In this document: positions 17,571-27,507 of the stretch, piece by piece
Layout of the letters: every line of letters starts with the position of its first letter
Numbering within the stretch: position 1 is the first letter of the stretch
Assembly: GCA_963837955.1 (NCBI GenBank)
Contig: CAWIPH010000002.1
Span: 4,032,001-4,096,000, forward strand
Length of the DNA stretch: 64,000 bases
Source: an uncultured Verrucomicrobiae bacterium
GTDB taxonomy: Bacteria; Verrucomicrobiota; Verrucomicrobiia; Chthoniobacterales; JAFAMB01
Reading direction: 5' to 3'
The notes under the pieces: model-generated
Told to the model about the DNA's origin: nothing
The model's input: only the letters and a program-made list of their open reading frames with translations
Databases searched by the model: none
Program-made: the position numbers and the translations under genes

Positions 17571-18782
17571 ATGCCGATTCTCGAAGAGGTATTTATCTTT
17601 GATGCGATCAGAACGCCGCGCGGTCGCGGTAAACCGACTGGCGCTCTTCACACTCAAACTCCTATCTCCCTGGTGGTTACGCTCCTAGACGAACTGCGGC
17701 GCCGTTACCCGGGAATCGATCGGTCAGTAGACGAAATTGTGCTGGGCTGCTGCGAGCAACTCAATGATCAAGGGGGTAATCTGGCAAGATCGGCCGCTTT
17801 GCAGGCCCGCTATTCGACCAGCACTCCGGGCTTGATGGTCTCTCGCTTTTGCGGGTCGGGGCTCGACGCAGTGAATGTCGCAGTGGCCAAGGTCATGAGC
17901 GGGCAAACCGACCTGGTAATTGCCGGAGGGGTTGAGATGCTCTCGCTCTTTTCCATTTTCGGTTCGGGAGGACCGATGATTTCCGATGTCCAATTCAAAG
18001 ATCAGACCGTTCAGATCCCGCAGGGTATCTCGGCCGACTTAATCGCCACGATGCAAGGCTACTCGCGAAATGATGTGGACAGTTTCGCCGCACTATCCCA
18101 ACAACGTGCCCATCGCGCTTGGGAGCAGGGCCTGTTTTCCCACTCGGTTGTACCAGTGCCCACCGCTACCGCACGCCTTGAACGGGATGAATTAGTGCGC
18201 AGCAACGTTACTACCGAAAGTTTGGCAGGGCTGAAACCCTCTTTTGAGAAGGCGGGAGAAACAGAAGGGTATGGTGAGATCATTCGTTTTCGCTATCCGC
18301 GAGTCGGCCGCCTCAATTACGTGCATCACGCTGGAAATTCGTCCGGAATTGCCGACGGTGCGGGACTGGTGGTAATCGGAAATCGGGAAGTCTCGGAACG
18401 GTTAGGAATTCATCCGCGGGCGCGCATTCTTTCGACCGCCAGCGCAGCGGACGATCCGTGCATTATGCTGACCGCTCCAGCTGAAGCCACCAGTAAGGCA
18501 TTGCGACGGGTCGGATTGCGGTTCTCAGACATCGACATTTACGAAGTCAACGAAGCGTTCGCTTCGGTAGTTTTGTACTTCATGGAGAAGACGAAAGTTC
18601 CACACGAAAAAGTGAACCCGGTGGGCGGGGCTATCGCTATGGGCCATCCAGTGGGAGCGACTGGAGCGATGCTCATCGGAACCTTGATCGATGAGATGCA
18701 ACGACGGGAGTTTCGCCGGGGAGCGGTGACTATGTGTACCGGTCTCGGAATGGGTGTTGCGACGATCTTGGAGACCGTGTGA
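17571..18782 (+). CDS. Thiolase (acetyl-CoA C-acyltransferase)
   Basis: DAIRTPRGRG, catalytic SRFCGSG, VNEAF, GHPVGATG and MCTGLGMG; GAGGAGG RBS before the ATG at 17571. Confidence 0.93.
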   Translation: MPILEEVFIFDAIRTPRGRGKPTGALHTQTPISLVVTLLDELRRRYPGIDRSVDEIVLGCCEQLNDQGGNLARSAALQARYSTSTPGLMVSRFCGSGLDAVNVAVAKVMSGQTDLVIAGGVEMLSLFSIFGSGGPMISDVQFKDQTVQIPQGISADLIATMQGYSRNDVDSFAALSQQRAHRAWEQGLFSHSVVPVPTATARLERDELVRSNVTTESLAGLKPSFEKAGETEGYGEIIRFRYPRVGRLNYVHHAGNSSGIADGAGLVVIGNREVSERLGIHPRARILSTASAADDPCIMLTAPAEATSKALRRVGLRFSDIDIYEVNEAFASVVLYFMEKTKVPHEKVNPVGGAIAMGHPVGATGAMLIGTLIDEMQRREFRRGAVTMCTGLGMGVATILETV

Positions 18783-20776
18783 AAAAAATCGCATTCGTCG
18801 ATTTTCCGGCGCTTCTACGCGGAGGATTTGTTTCCACTCTGGAGCGAGAGCTGGCCGATCCAAACAACTCCGCCATATGCATCCGTTTTCCGTTGACGAC
18901 GGAAGAACCCACCGATGAGCTCCAGATGCTGTGCTCGGCTCACCCGGTATTGTCCGATCTGCGAGGAACGCTGCGCACTTTAGAAAAAGGACCAAAGCCG
19001 GTGGCCGCCTGGTGCGAAGCGGACCTTTCCGGATTAGCTTTTGAAGTCGCACTTGCCTGTCACCGCCGATTTACTCACCAAAGAGAGATCCGATTCTCCT
19101 GGCCTTGGATGAAGTTTGGTTTGCCGCCACTCTTGGGGACGACACAACGGCTGCCGTATTTGGTTGGGTGGAAAACTACCATCGATTGCCTGCTGTTTGA
19201 AAAGTCAATCATCGGCGACAGCTCAACGAATACACTCCTTGTTTCTGTCAGCGAACTCGGCGAGGAAGAAACAATCTCAGCCTGGATCGACCATCTGGAA
19301 AAGCCGGTTCAGCCGTGGGATCAAACCGATGTCACACACTCGCCGGTTTGGAGCCAGTCCGTTGCAAATCGAAATCTTCTCCAGGCAGCCTATCTGCGAG
19401 TAAGACAAAAGTCTCCGCCGGAAGATGTTGGACCCGGGTTATTGCTGGAAGTGTTCCACAATGGACTGGAGAGGAGTTTTGACGCAGGTCTGAAACTGGA
19501 AGCAGCTTCGTTCGACAAAGCCCGAACAGCGTCCTCCACCAAACAGCGGATTTACGTGCAGCACGAACTTCCACAGCAAGCCATCAAACGAGCGTCACAG
19601 ACCCCGGGTGCTTTCATGAAGATAGGGGTTTTGGGCAGCGGACTAATGGGAACCGGCATTGCCTACACAGCGGCTTGCGCAGATCTCGAAGTGCGATTGT
19701 TCGACGTGAATCCGGAGGCCATCAGTCGCTCGTTGGACCGGATGAAGAAACTCTCGGAAAGGCGACTGCCAGCAACGAAAAACGGCGATGCGGTAATCCG
19801 TCGAGTTCAGCCGGCAAACCAGGTGAGTGACCTGCGCGACTGCGATTTTGTGATCGAAGCGGTGTTTGAACGACTCGAAACGAAGCAGGAAGTTTTGGCG
19901 GCTGTGAGCGCTGAACTGAGTCCAGAGGCTATTCTCGCATCCAATACTACCACTTTCCCGATCTCGGAATTAGCCAAGTCGGCCCTTAATCCGGCGAATT
20001 TCGTCGGTACGCATTTTTTCGCCCCGGTTGAGCAAATGGATTTATTGGAGATTATCCTCGGTCGGGAGACGTCGGATCAAACAAGGAAGCTTGCACTCGG
20101 ACTTGCGTCCCGACTTAACAAGGTACCCCTGGTAGTCCGAGACGGTCCCGGTTTTTACACGAGCAGAGTCGTGATGGCCTACATTCAGGAAGCGCTGCTT
20201 ATGTTGGCAGAAGGCATCGCTCCCTCGTTGATCGACAATGCCGCCCGCAATACGGGAATGATCCTCGGTCCCCTGACCATGGCGGATCTAACTTCTCTCG
20301 ATTTGTTAGCCGACATTTTCCAAAATCTGGCTCGGCACGGGCGTGGTTCTGCGGAGTTTGCTCAAGATGCACTTGGCGTTCTATCGAAATTTATCGATGC
20401 GAAGCGGTTAGGACGAAAGGTGCGAGCGGGCGTCTACGATTATCCCGAAGACGGCGGCCGGCGCGAATGGAGCGACCTCCCACATTGGTTTCCACGGGAT
20501 CCGCACCCGCCGGCCGGCGCCACCATTGCGGATCGCTTGATGTATATCCAGACTATTGAAACGCTGCACGCGCTCCGGGAAGGAATCATCGAGGCTCCGG
20601 AGTTGGCGGACCTCGCTTCGGTTCTAGGATGGAAGTACCCAGCATTTCGCGGTGGGGTCATGCGATATGTCCATGTGATCGGAACAGAGAAATTTGAGGC
20701 AACGCGTCAAGGTCTGGAAAGAACACATGGCCGTAGATTTGCTATTCCGAGCGCTGGAAGTGTCTCGGCCAGCTAG
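18779..20776 (+). CDS. FadJ/FadB-like 3-hydroxyacyl-CoA dehydrogenase with a degenerate enoyl-CoA hydratase domain
   Basis: GVLGSGLMGTGIA, VIEAVFE, ASNTT, GTHFFAPV..M.LLEII; GTG start overlaps the thiolase TGA (GTGA). Confidence 0.88.
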   Translation: MKKIAFVDFPALLRGGFVSTLERELADPNNSAICIRFPLTTEEPTDELQMLCSAHPVLSDLRGTLRTLEKGPKPVAAWCEADLSGLAFEVALACHRRFTHQREIRFSWPWMKFGLPPLLGTTQRLPYLVGWKTTIDCLLFEKSIIGDSSTNTLLVSVSELGEEETISAWIDHLEKPVQPWDQTDVTHSPVWSQSVANRNLLQAAYLRVRQKSPPEDVGPGLLLEVFHNGLERSFDAGLKLEAASFDKARTASSTKQRIYVQHELPQQAIKRASQTPGAFMKIGVLGSGLMGTGIAYTAACADLEVRLFDVNPEAISRSLDRMKKLSERRLPATKNGDAVIRRVQPANQVSDLRDCDFVIEAVFERLETKQEVLAAVSAELSPEAILASNTTTFPISELAKSALNPANFVGTHFFAPVEQMDLLEIILGRETSDQTRKLALGLASRLNKVPLVVRDGPGFYTSRVVMAYIQEALLMLAEGIAPSLIDNAARNTGMILGPLTMADLTSLDLLADIFQNLARHGRGSAEFAQDALGVLSKFIDAKRLGRKVRAGVYDYPEDGGRREWSDLPHWFPRDPHPPAGATIADRLMYIQTIETLHALREGIIEAPELADLASVLGWKYPAFRGGVMRYVHVIGTEKFEATRQGLERTHGRRFAIPSAGSVSAS

Positions 20777-20975
20777 ATCGCTACGATTCGTCCTCAGTAG
20801 CCCAAACAGGATTGAATTATGCCAATTCCGCAGTTAGCATTTACTTTGGTCGCGGCGGAAGAGCATCGGTCCCATACCGGGTTCGAGGTCTATGTCCCGG
20901 GGCGTCAGGACGCCTTTATGGCAAATCCCGCTTAGCGGGAGCGCCTACCTCTTTATGCCTCCGCCGCGCCCTTCT

Positions 20976-22280
20976 CTAGCTCCTGTCTACCGCGTATCTG
21001 CTGGGAACGAATGCCACGACCAGGACAGCACCGACCACAAGCACGGCGGAAACCACGTAGAGACCATAGTCTGCTCGCTTGGTTAAGTCTTTGACCAGAC
21101 CAACGATAGACGGACCAAAAAATCCGGCCAGATTACCGACAGAATTAATCCAGGCGATCCCCGCCGCCGCAGCGGTGCCGGCCAGCACGGCGGTTGGCAT
21201 TGGCCAAAAGAGCGGGAATGTCGCTAAAATACCGACCGTAGCAATGGTCAGACCGATCATGGCGACCAAAGTGTTTTCTCGGAAAAGGTTACTGATAATA
21301 ATCCCGAGAGCACCCACACACGCCGCAGTGGCAAAATGCCAACGGCGCTCACCGGAACGATCCGAACTCCGCCCAAAAAGCACCATCGCGACCGCGCCAA
21401 ATCCATACGGTATTGCGGAAAGTAGACCAACGTATAACGGATCGTTGATGCCAGTATTCTTAATTAGCTGCGGAATCCAAAACCCCGTACCGTACAACCC
21501 AAAGGCACAACAGAAGTAGACCGCGCAGAACAAAAGCAGCCGAGAATCGACAAAGACCTGTCCCAACGACAAATGGGTTTTGTGGACTTCCTCCTTCTTC
21601 AGGTTTTGCTCCAGCAATTCCTTCTCCTCATCATCCAGCCATTGGGCGGATCGGATCCCGTTGTCGAGGATGAAAGGAATGCAAAGTCCGATCAAAACCG
21701 ACGGGATTCCCTCGATCAAAAACAACATCTGCCAACCCTTCAGATTTGCGACGCCGCCGAACTGATGAAGAATCCAGCCTGACAACGGTCCACCAACCAC
21801 TCCCGTCAATGCGATTGCGGTCATAAAGAAAGCAACCATGCGGCCCCGCCGCCGAGAAGGAAACCAGTAGGTTAGATAGAGAATGATCCCTGGGAAAAAA
21901 CCTGCTTCAGCCAAACCCAAGAGAAATCGCAGCACATAAAAAACCCATGGCGAATTCACAAAGATCATCGCCGAGGAAATAATTCCCCAACTTATCATGA
22001 TGCGCGCTATCCAGACTCGCGCTCCGAACTTTTCCAGTAAAATATTGCTGGGAACTTCGAAGAAGAAGTACCCAACGAAGAAGATGCCTGCGCCGACACC
22101 ATAGACCGTATCGCTGAAGCCGGCGACGTCAGATTGCATCTGGAGATTGGCGAACCCGACGTTTACTCGATCAAGATAGGCGGCGATATAACAGACAAAC
22201 AGCAAGGGAATAATTCGCCGGGCGACTTTGCCGTAAACAGCCTCTTCCGATAACGAGCGTTCTGGAGAGATAGTGGACAT
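20976..22280 (-). CDS. MFS transporter, anion:cation symporter family (TtuB/NicT-like)
   Basis: AYLDRVNVGFA, GIFFVGYFFFEVPSN, RFLLGLAEAGFFPG, INSVGNLAGFFGP. Confidence 0.92.
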   Translation of the reverse strand: MSTISPERSLSEEAVYGKVARRIIPLLFVCYIAAYLDRVNVGFANLQMQSDVAGFSDTVYGVGAGIFFVGYFFFEVPSNILLEKFGARVWIARIMISWGIISSAMIFVNSPWVFYVLRFLLGLAEAGFFPGIILYLTYWFPSRRRGRMVAFFMTAIALTGVVGGPLSGWILHQFGGVANLKGWQMLFLIEGIPSVLIGLCIPFILDNGIRSAQWLDDEEKELLEQNLKKEEVHKTHLSLGQVFVDSRLLLFCAVYFCCAFGLYGTGFWIPQLIKNTGINDPLYVGLLSAIPYGFGAVAMVLFGRSSDRSGERRWHFATAACVGALGIIISNLFRENTLVAMIGLTIATVGILATFPLFWPMPTAVLAGTAAAAGIAWINSVGNLAGFFGPSIVGLVKDLTKRADYGLYVVSAVLVVGAVLVVAFVPSRYAVDRS

Positions 22281-22364
22281 GGGGAGAACAGTTCTGACTT
22301 TTTGGGGTTAACTTAGGCGTCAGTCAACAAATTGTGGCAGAGCATATCCGATCTCGGCGCAGGG

Positions 22365-22862
22365 TTAGGTCACTGGATCAGAGATTTTATTGGGCGAGAA
22401 TTCTTGAGCAATCTTTTCGATATGGGCGCGGAACTCCGGATCTTCGCCTTCCAAAAGTTCGGGTAAGGCTTTTCGAAAATCGGGGCGGCGGCACCATTCC
22501 CGCATGTAATCCTCCCAGGAAGACCAGAGCCGGCGGGTTTGTCTATTCAGGTGTTCCTCATAGACCAGGATATACGCACGCTCAAAAATCGAGACAAGAA
22601 TGCCAAACAGGACAAACTTCCGCTCCTCCTGTTCTTCGGTGAGCTCTCGCACTGGACCGTGCCGCTGCAAGAGTTGTAGATCGGCATTGTCCAGAACCAG
22701 TTTGAGAAAACCGATATACTCGTCCGACAGTCGTTGATTCAGCTCTTCCTCTTCAGCTAATCGCTCTTTTCGTCGTTCGAAAACGAAGACCAGGATAGCG
22801 AAAGGCAGAGCGAACGTCTCGACCAGATAGAAAGAGAACTCAACGACGTCTTTCCAGTACAT
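22365..22862 (-). CDS. Hypothetical membrane-anchored protein
   Basis: One N-terminal hydrophobic segment followed by a charged helical domain (WSSWEDYMREWCRRPDFR); probable ATG at 22862. Confidence 0.7.
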   Translation of the reverse strand: MYWKDVVEFSFYLVETFALPFAILVFVFERRKERLAEEEELNQRLSDEYIGFLKLVLDNADLQLLQRHGPVRELTEEQEERKFVLFGILVSIFERAYILVYEEHLNRQTRRLWSSWEDYMREWCRRPDFRKALPELLEGEDPEFRAHIEKIAQEFSPNKISDPVT

Positions 22863-23176
22863 CGGGAAATGTGATGGAAAACTGTCGCCTACGCCACTCA
22901 AGAGGCGAAAAGCGTAGCTCGAGTCAGGCGCGCCAGGCTTTTGCTGCTATGGGAGTTGCCAAAGCTAACCTGGGCGGATTGGTTCTAACTAACTCTCTGC
23001 TAAATCAGCGATCACGGCGCGAGAAAAGCGTCCACCGGAGGCTTCGGGCAGCGGGTTTTCGCCTAACCAAATAAGTTACCTCATGCACAACAGCCTCAAT
23101 GCGTGTATGTTAGACATATAAATACAAATTTTCTTCGAGAAACAGCGTATCCCTTCGTATATTCGCGGTTTTAAGC

Positions 23177-24370
23177 ATGATACAGAGAGATTACCTGATT
23201 GTTGGCGGGGGCATCGGTGCTGCCAGCGCCTGCGACGCACTACGACAACATGATCCAAAGGGCTCAGTCACCCTGGTTAGTAATGAGGCACATCTCCCCT
23301 ATCATCGACCAGCACTGTCAAAAAGCGTACTGAAGGACGGCACACCGTCGGTCGAGAAATTGGCGGAGAAGTCCGAAGATTGGTACCGGAAAAGAGGCAT
23401 CGAACTCCGCTTAGCCACCGTGGTTCGTGAATTCAATATCGAACGTCGACTCGCGGTGATGGAAAACGGGCAGACGATCGAGTTCCGCAAAGCTTGCCTG
23501 GCCACCGGTAGTCGAGCACGACGTCCGCATGTGGCCGGCGCAAATTTGGGCAACGTTGTTTATCTCCGATCTTATCGCGACGTTCTGGCGGTTCGCGAGA
23601 TTCTGGGATCGGAGAAACATGTTGTTATTGTTGGATCAGGCTATCTGGGGGCCGAAGTCTCATCGGCCCTGATCGGATCCGGTGCCAAATTGACTTTGCT
23701 AAGCCGGGACAAGTCGATTTGGCAAGATCTAGTGGACCCGGAGACCGCGAATTGGATCACGGAGAAATTTGCGTCCGCCGGAGTTCAACTCATGCTAAAC
23801 GAGAATCTGAACGGTTTTGAGGGCAAGACCGTTGTACGCAATATCCAAACCAAGAGCGGTCTGCGATTTCCAGCCGGCCTAGCCATCGTCGTGATCGGAA
23901 CAGAGCCCAATTTGCAGCTGGTAACGAATACCCCATTGAGCAGTCCTGGCGGCTGCCCGGTCAACGAATATTTGGAGAGCGACGAAAAAGGAATCTATGC
24001 CGTCGGTGACATCGCGCTGTATCCGGACCGGCTGTATGGTGGAGCCCGCCGGGTGACTAGTTGGGATATGGCTTTGGTCCAAGGCACGACAGCCGGAGCC
24101 AACATGACCGGACGGAAACGACAAAGATTTGAGGTAATCCCAACCTGTTCTGCCGTGGCTCTGGGGATGCAGTTTACCTTCGTCGGCGATTTTTCTATTC
24201 CGCATTTACTTGGAGAAATTGAAGGTTCGCGAGAAAAGGGAAATTTCATCGCTCGCTACCGGCGCAATGAACATTTAGTGGCCGCGGTCCTCTGCAATCG
24301 CAAACCGGAAGAGGCCCGCAAACTGCAAGAAGAAGTGCGCACGAGCTTACAATCCCGGCAGAAGAAATAG
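23177..24370 (+). CDS. NAD(P)/FAD-dependent oxidoreductase, ferredoxin reductase-like
   Basis: IVGGGIGA, LPYHRPALSK, LATGS, VGSGYLGAE, IYAVGDIA. Confidence 0.9.
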   Translation: MIQRDYLIVGGGIGAASACDALRQHDPKGSVTLVSNEAHLPYHRPALSKSVLKDGTPSVEKLAEKSEDWYRKRGIELRLATVVREFNIERRLAVMENGQTIEFRKACLATGSRARRPHVAGANLGNVVYLRSYRDVLAVREILGSEKHVVIVGSGYLGAEVSSALIGSGAKLTLLSRDKSIWQDLVDPETANWITEKFASAGVQLMLNENLNGFEGKTVVRNIQTKSGLRFPAGLAIVVIGTEPNLQLVTNTPLSSPGGCPVNEYLESDEKGIYAVGDIALYPDRLYGGARRVTSWDMALVQGTTAGANMTGRKRQRFEVIPTCSAVALGMQFTFVGDFSIPHLLGEIEGSREKGNFIARYRRNEHLVAAVLCNRKPEEARKLQEEVRTSLQSRQKK

Positions 24371-24431
24371 CGCTGACCAGGCCCATGGTCGGTAGAGCGA
24401 AAATTTATATGATCCGCGGCCGGTCAGGGGC

Positions 24432-25334
24432 TCATAGGACCGTCGGCACGCCTTCTTTTAGAATCTTGACTGCGTCTGCGAGTTGGTGTTGCTCCACCTC
24501 CCGGCGCAGCCTTTCCAAAGGCTCGTGCAAAGGCTCGTAGCTCAGGCGGAAAGAGCCGTAGTGCATTGGCACCATATATTTCGCTCGAAGTTCTTGAAAC
24601 GCCTGGACTGCCTCTTCCGGATTCATGTGCACTTCCCGTCGACTTGGTGGCTCGTAGGCCCCGATGGGCAAGAGAGCGATCTCGATGGGAAGCCGCTCCC
24701 CGATCTCCTTAAATCCAGCGAAGTAAGCGCTATCGCCGCAATGGAAGAGCGTGCGCCGGCCAAGTCGAAGATGAAACCCTCCAAAACCGCGGTGCTTATC
24801 GTGGAGGACGCGAGCACCCCAGTGATGGCAAGGCGTAAGGGTGATTGTTACATCGCCGATATCAAGATGATCCCACTCGCGAAGTTCATGGACTCGGTCA
24901 AACCCAAGGTCATGGACCAGATTGCCGACTCCTCGTGGCACTACAATCGGCTGAGCCGAAGCTACTCGGCGCAAAGTACGCCGGTCCAGATGATCAAAGT
25001 GAGCGTGAGTGACCAATACCAAATCGATGGCCGGCAAATGATCAATCCGAATTCCAGGCCGACGAATTCGCTTCACCACCTTGAGCCAGAGCGACCAGAT
25101 CGGGTCCACCAGGATGTTGAGACCTCGCCAGCTAATCAAGAAGGAAGCGTGTCCGATCCAGGTGAGACAAAGATCTTCTCCGGTCAGATCAGGAAACAGC
25201 GGCCGCGCCGGTCTTCCCTGGCGACGTGTGAAAAGGGACGGAATGTAAACCTCCGTGAAAAAATTCCTTCGCAACCATCCCTTCCCGGGTCGAAGGCCAA
25301 CGCGGTACCCATTCTTCCTCAGCTCATACAACAC
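24432..25334 (-). CDS. MBL-fold metallo-hydrolase (NAPE-PLD-like)
   Basis: TWIGHASF, THAHFDHLD, CHHW, FHCGDSAY, LPIGAYEP, PMHYGSF; start position uncertain. Confidence 0.88.
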   Translation of the reverse strand: MLYELRKNGYRVGLRPGKGWLRRNFFTEVYIPSLFTRRQGRPARPLFPDLTGEDLCLTWIGHASFLISWRGLNILVDPIWSLWLKVVKRIRRPGIRIDHLPAIDLVLVTHAHFDHLDRRTLRRVASAQPIVVPRGVGNLVHDLGFDRVHELREWDHLDIGDVTITLTPCHHWGARVLHDKHRGFGGFHLRLGRRTLFHCGDSAYFAGFKEIGERLPIEIALLPIGAYEPPSRREVHMNPEEAVQAFQELRAKYMVPMHYGSFRLSYEPLHEPLERLRREVEQHQLADAVKILKEGVPTVL

Positions 25335-25401
25335 AACACTCCTCTAGAGTTTCTCTCTCAAAATGGCAAATCAGGCTTCGATAGAAATCGCATCTGGCGG
25401 G

Positions 25402-25785
25402 TCAATTCGCCGGGACGTGCATCTCGAAACGAGGAATTCGCGTGACAAATGGCTCGCCGGCCTCGTCTATTCCCAGGAATGCGCCTTCGGCCACGCTGTC
25501 GCTCCCGATCACGTGATAGCTGTTATAGGAGAAATGCTCGCCTGGGCCAAGCCGCGGAAACTGCCCCACAACACCGTCTCCCTCTACAATTACTTTAGAA
25601 CCTTGACGGTCCGTAACCACCCATTTACGCCCGCGAATGAAAACTGTTTCGGCCGAGCGATTATGAATCGTGATAAAATAAACAAACGGAAAAGGTCGAT
25701 CCGGAGGGGATTGCAGCGTGGGAACGTAAACTACCTTATCGACGGACACCTGGACGTCGATTAGCTCGCGAAACCCGGAGCTCAT
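25402..25785 (-). CDS. apaG: ApaG domain protein
   Basis: FVYFITIHN, RKWVVTD, VEGDGVVGQFPRLGPGEHFSYNS. Confidence 0.88.
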   Translation of the reverse strand: MSSGFRELIDVQVSVDKVVYVPTLQSPPDRPFPFVYFITIHNRSAETVFIRGRKWVVTDRQGSKVIVEGDGVVGQFPRLGPGEHFSYNSYHVIGSDSVAEGAFLGIDEAGEPFVTRIPRFEMHVPAN

Positions 25786-25815
25786 CTTCGCCTCGAGTTA
25801 TTTTTGCTAGTTGCT

Positions 25816-26613
25816 ATGGAAGTGCCAGTGGTCATTTCAATTGCCGGCTCCGACAATTCAGCCGGAGCGGGTATTCAAGCGGATCTCAAGACATTTACGC
25901 ACTTCAGAGTGTTTGGCCAGACCGTCGTGACTTGCGTCGTAGCGGAGGTTCCTGGCCAGGTAAAAGCTATCCATCCAATCGACCCAAAAACAGTAAAAAC
26001 ACAACTCACACTCAGCCTCGAATATTTTCCGGTCCGCGCGATGAAGACAGGGATGTTGTATTCTGCTGAAATAATTGAGGCCGTCTGTGCGGTTATCGAG
26101 TCGATTCCGATTGGGTCACGACCACTCCTAGTGGTGGATCCAGTCATGATAGCGTCGTCTGGCGACCTGCTCTTGGAATCAGATGCGGTAGGGGCTTATC
26201 AGAACCGCCTGATTCCGTTGGCGACCGTCGTCACGCCCAATATTGACGAAGCGATCGCACTCACCAATCGAACCATTCGAAATGTCGAGGAGCTCGAGCA
26301 GGCCGGCCGCTCCTTAGCGGCGGAATACAATATCGCCTTTCTGGTCAAGGGAGGCCACCTGGATGGAAGCGAGGCAACCGATGTCCTGGTGCGCGGAGAC
26401 CAGATCAAAAGATTTAGTGCCCCGTTCAAGCTTGGCGTTTCAACTCACGGCACCGGTTGTACCCTCTCAGCCGCAATAACGGCAAATCTGGCGCAGGGTA
26501 AATCATTGGAAGAGGCTATCCAAACCAGCAAAGACTATATCAGCCGCGCTATAGCCGATTCCCTGAGCTGGGAAGGATCGGCGGGACGCGTCACGGCATT
26601 GAAACACTGGTGA
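25816..26613 (+). CDS. thiD: Hydroxymethylpyrimidine/phosphomethylpyrimidine kinase
   Basis: SIAGSDNSAGAGIQADLKT, KTGML, VVDPVM, TPNIDEA, KGGH, THGTGCTLSAA. Confidence 0.93.
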   Translation: MEVPVVISIAGSDNSAGAGIQADLKTFTHFRVFGQTVVTCVVAEVPGQVKAIHPIDPKTVKTQLTLSLEYFPVRAMKTGMLYSAEIIEAVCAVIESIPIGSRPLLVVDPVMIASSGDLLLESDAVGAYQNRLIPLATVVTPNIDEAIALTNRTIRNVEELEQAGRSLAAEYNIAFLVKGGHLDGSEATDVLVRGDQIKRFSAPFKLGVSTHGTGCTLSAAITANLAQGKSLEEAIQTSKDYISRAIADSLSWEGSAGRVTALKHW

Positions 26614-26744
26614 GGCGGGAAAACTTAGAAATCTAGACGCTGGAACGTGCTCCCGGCAGGAAATCGCTCATAGTTGTTCCAAAATCATCCGGTCTTGAAC
26701 CGAATCATGGTCTGTGCCAGTCTGCCGCTTCATTTCAAAAACGC

Positions 26745-27500
26745 ATGCAGCTACGCATTTCCCTCCTCCTCGCACTTCTCATTCTAACCGGCTGCCGCCA
26801 TCACCATAAAGATAAAGGGGCTATCCCTGCCGGACCGAGGGAAGCAACTGTACAGTTCCTTGGGCATGGTTGTTTTCTGATCTCCTCTTCGTTGGGCCTC
26901 AATATCTTGATCGATCCGTTTAATCCGAAGGTCCTCAATTATCCGGTCAAAGAGGGCTCGATACCGGCAGACATCGTCCTGGTTACGCATGAGGACGAAA
27001 CTGCCAATGATACTGACCTGGCCGCCGGTTCGCCGCAAATCCTGCGCAGCACCATGGCTGCTGGCGTCAACCGGGCTAACGGCGTTCTGGTCCGAGGAGT
27101 TCGCACTAGTTCGGAAAATCTGGCAGCGGTCAATCGACTCAACGTAGCGTATATCTGGTCCATGGACGGCATCCGATTCTGTCATCTCGGGGCGATTGAA
27201 GACCCGATTACAGTTTCTGAAGCGCTAAACATTGGCCACGTCGACGTCCTCTTCTTGCCAGTCGGCGGTCCGCAAGCCTTTACCGACGATAAGCGGAAGC
27301 TCACCCTCGAGCGGTTGCAACCGAGGATTATCATCCCGATGATGTATTCTACAGCGTACTCTTCCAAGGTACCGCTGCGCGGGCTCGGAGAATGGCTTTC
27401 GCGACAATCGAACGTTGTCCGATTAAATTCGAGCAAGTTTACGATTTCGGCTTCCCAACTTCCGCCTACCACAACTGTCTACGTTCCGGCTTCCCGCTAA
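26745..27500 (+). CDS. MBL-fold lipoprotein with degenerate metal-binding motifs
   Basis: Lipobox LILTG-C; FLGHGCFLI...ILIDPF...ADIVLVTH...CHLG...DVLFLPVGG fold pattern. Confidence 0.8.
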   Translation: MQLRISLLLALLILTGCRHHHKDKGAIPAGPREATVQFLGHGCFLISSSLGLNILIDPFNPKVLNYPVKEGSIPADIVLVTHEDETANDTDLAAGSPQILRSTMAAGVNRANGVLVRGVRTSSENLAAVNRLNVAYIWSMDGIRFCHLGAIEDPITVSEALNIGHVDVLFLPVGGPQAFTDDKRKLTLERLQPRIIIPMMYSTAYSSKVPLRGLGEWLSRQSNVVRLNSSKFTISASQLPPTTTVYVPASR

Positions 27501-27507
27501 TTGATTG

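Noticed and set aside
23053..23068. GGTTAGGCGAAAACCC (minus strand), resembling the family-A REP start
   Set aside because: Three mismatches and no downstream hairpins or partner; at most a relic.
24483..25445. 320-aa plus-strand ORF
   Set aside because: Antisense to the well-supported MBL hydrolase; no motifs.
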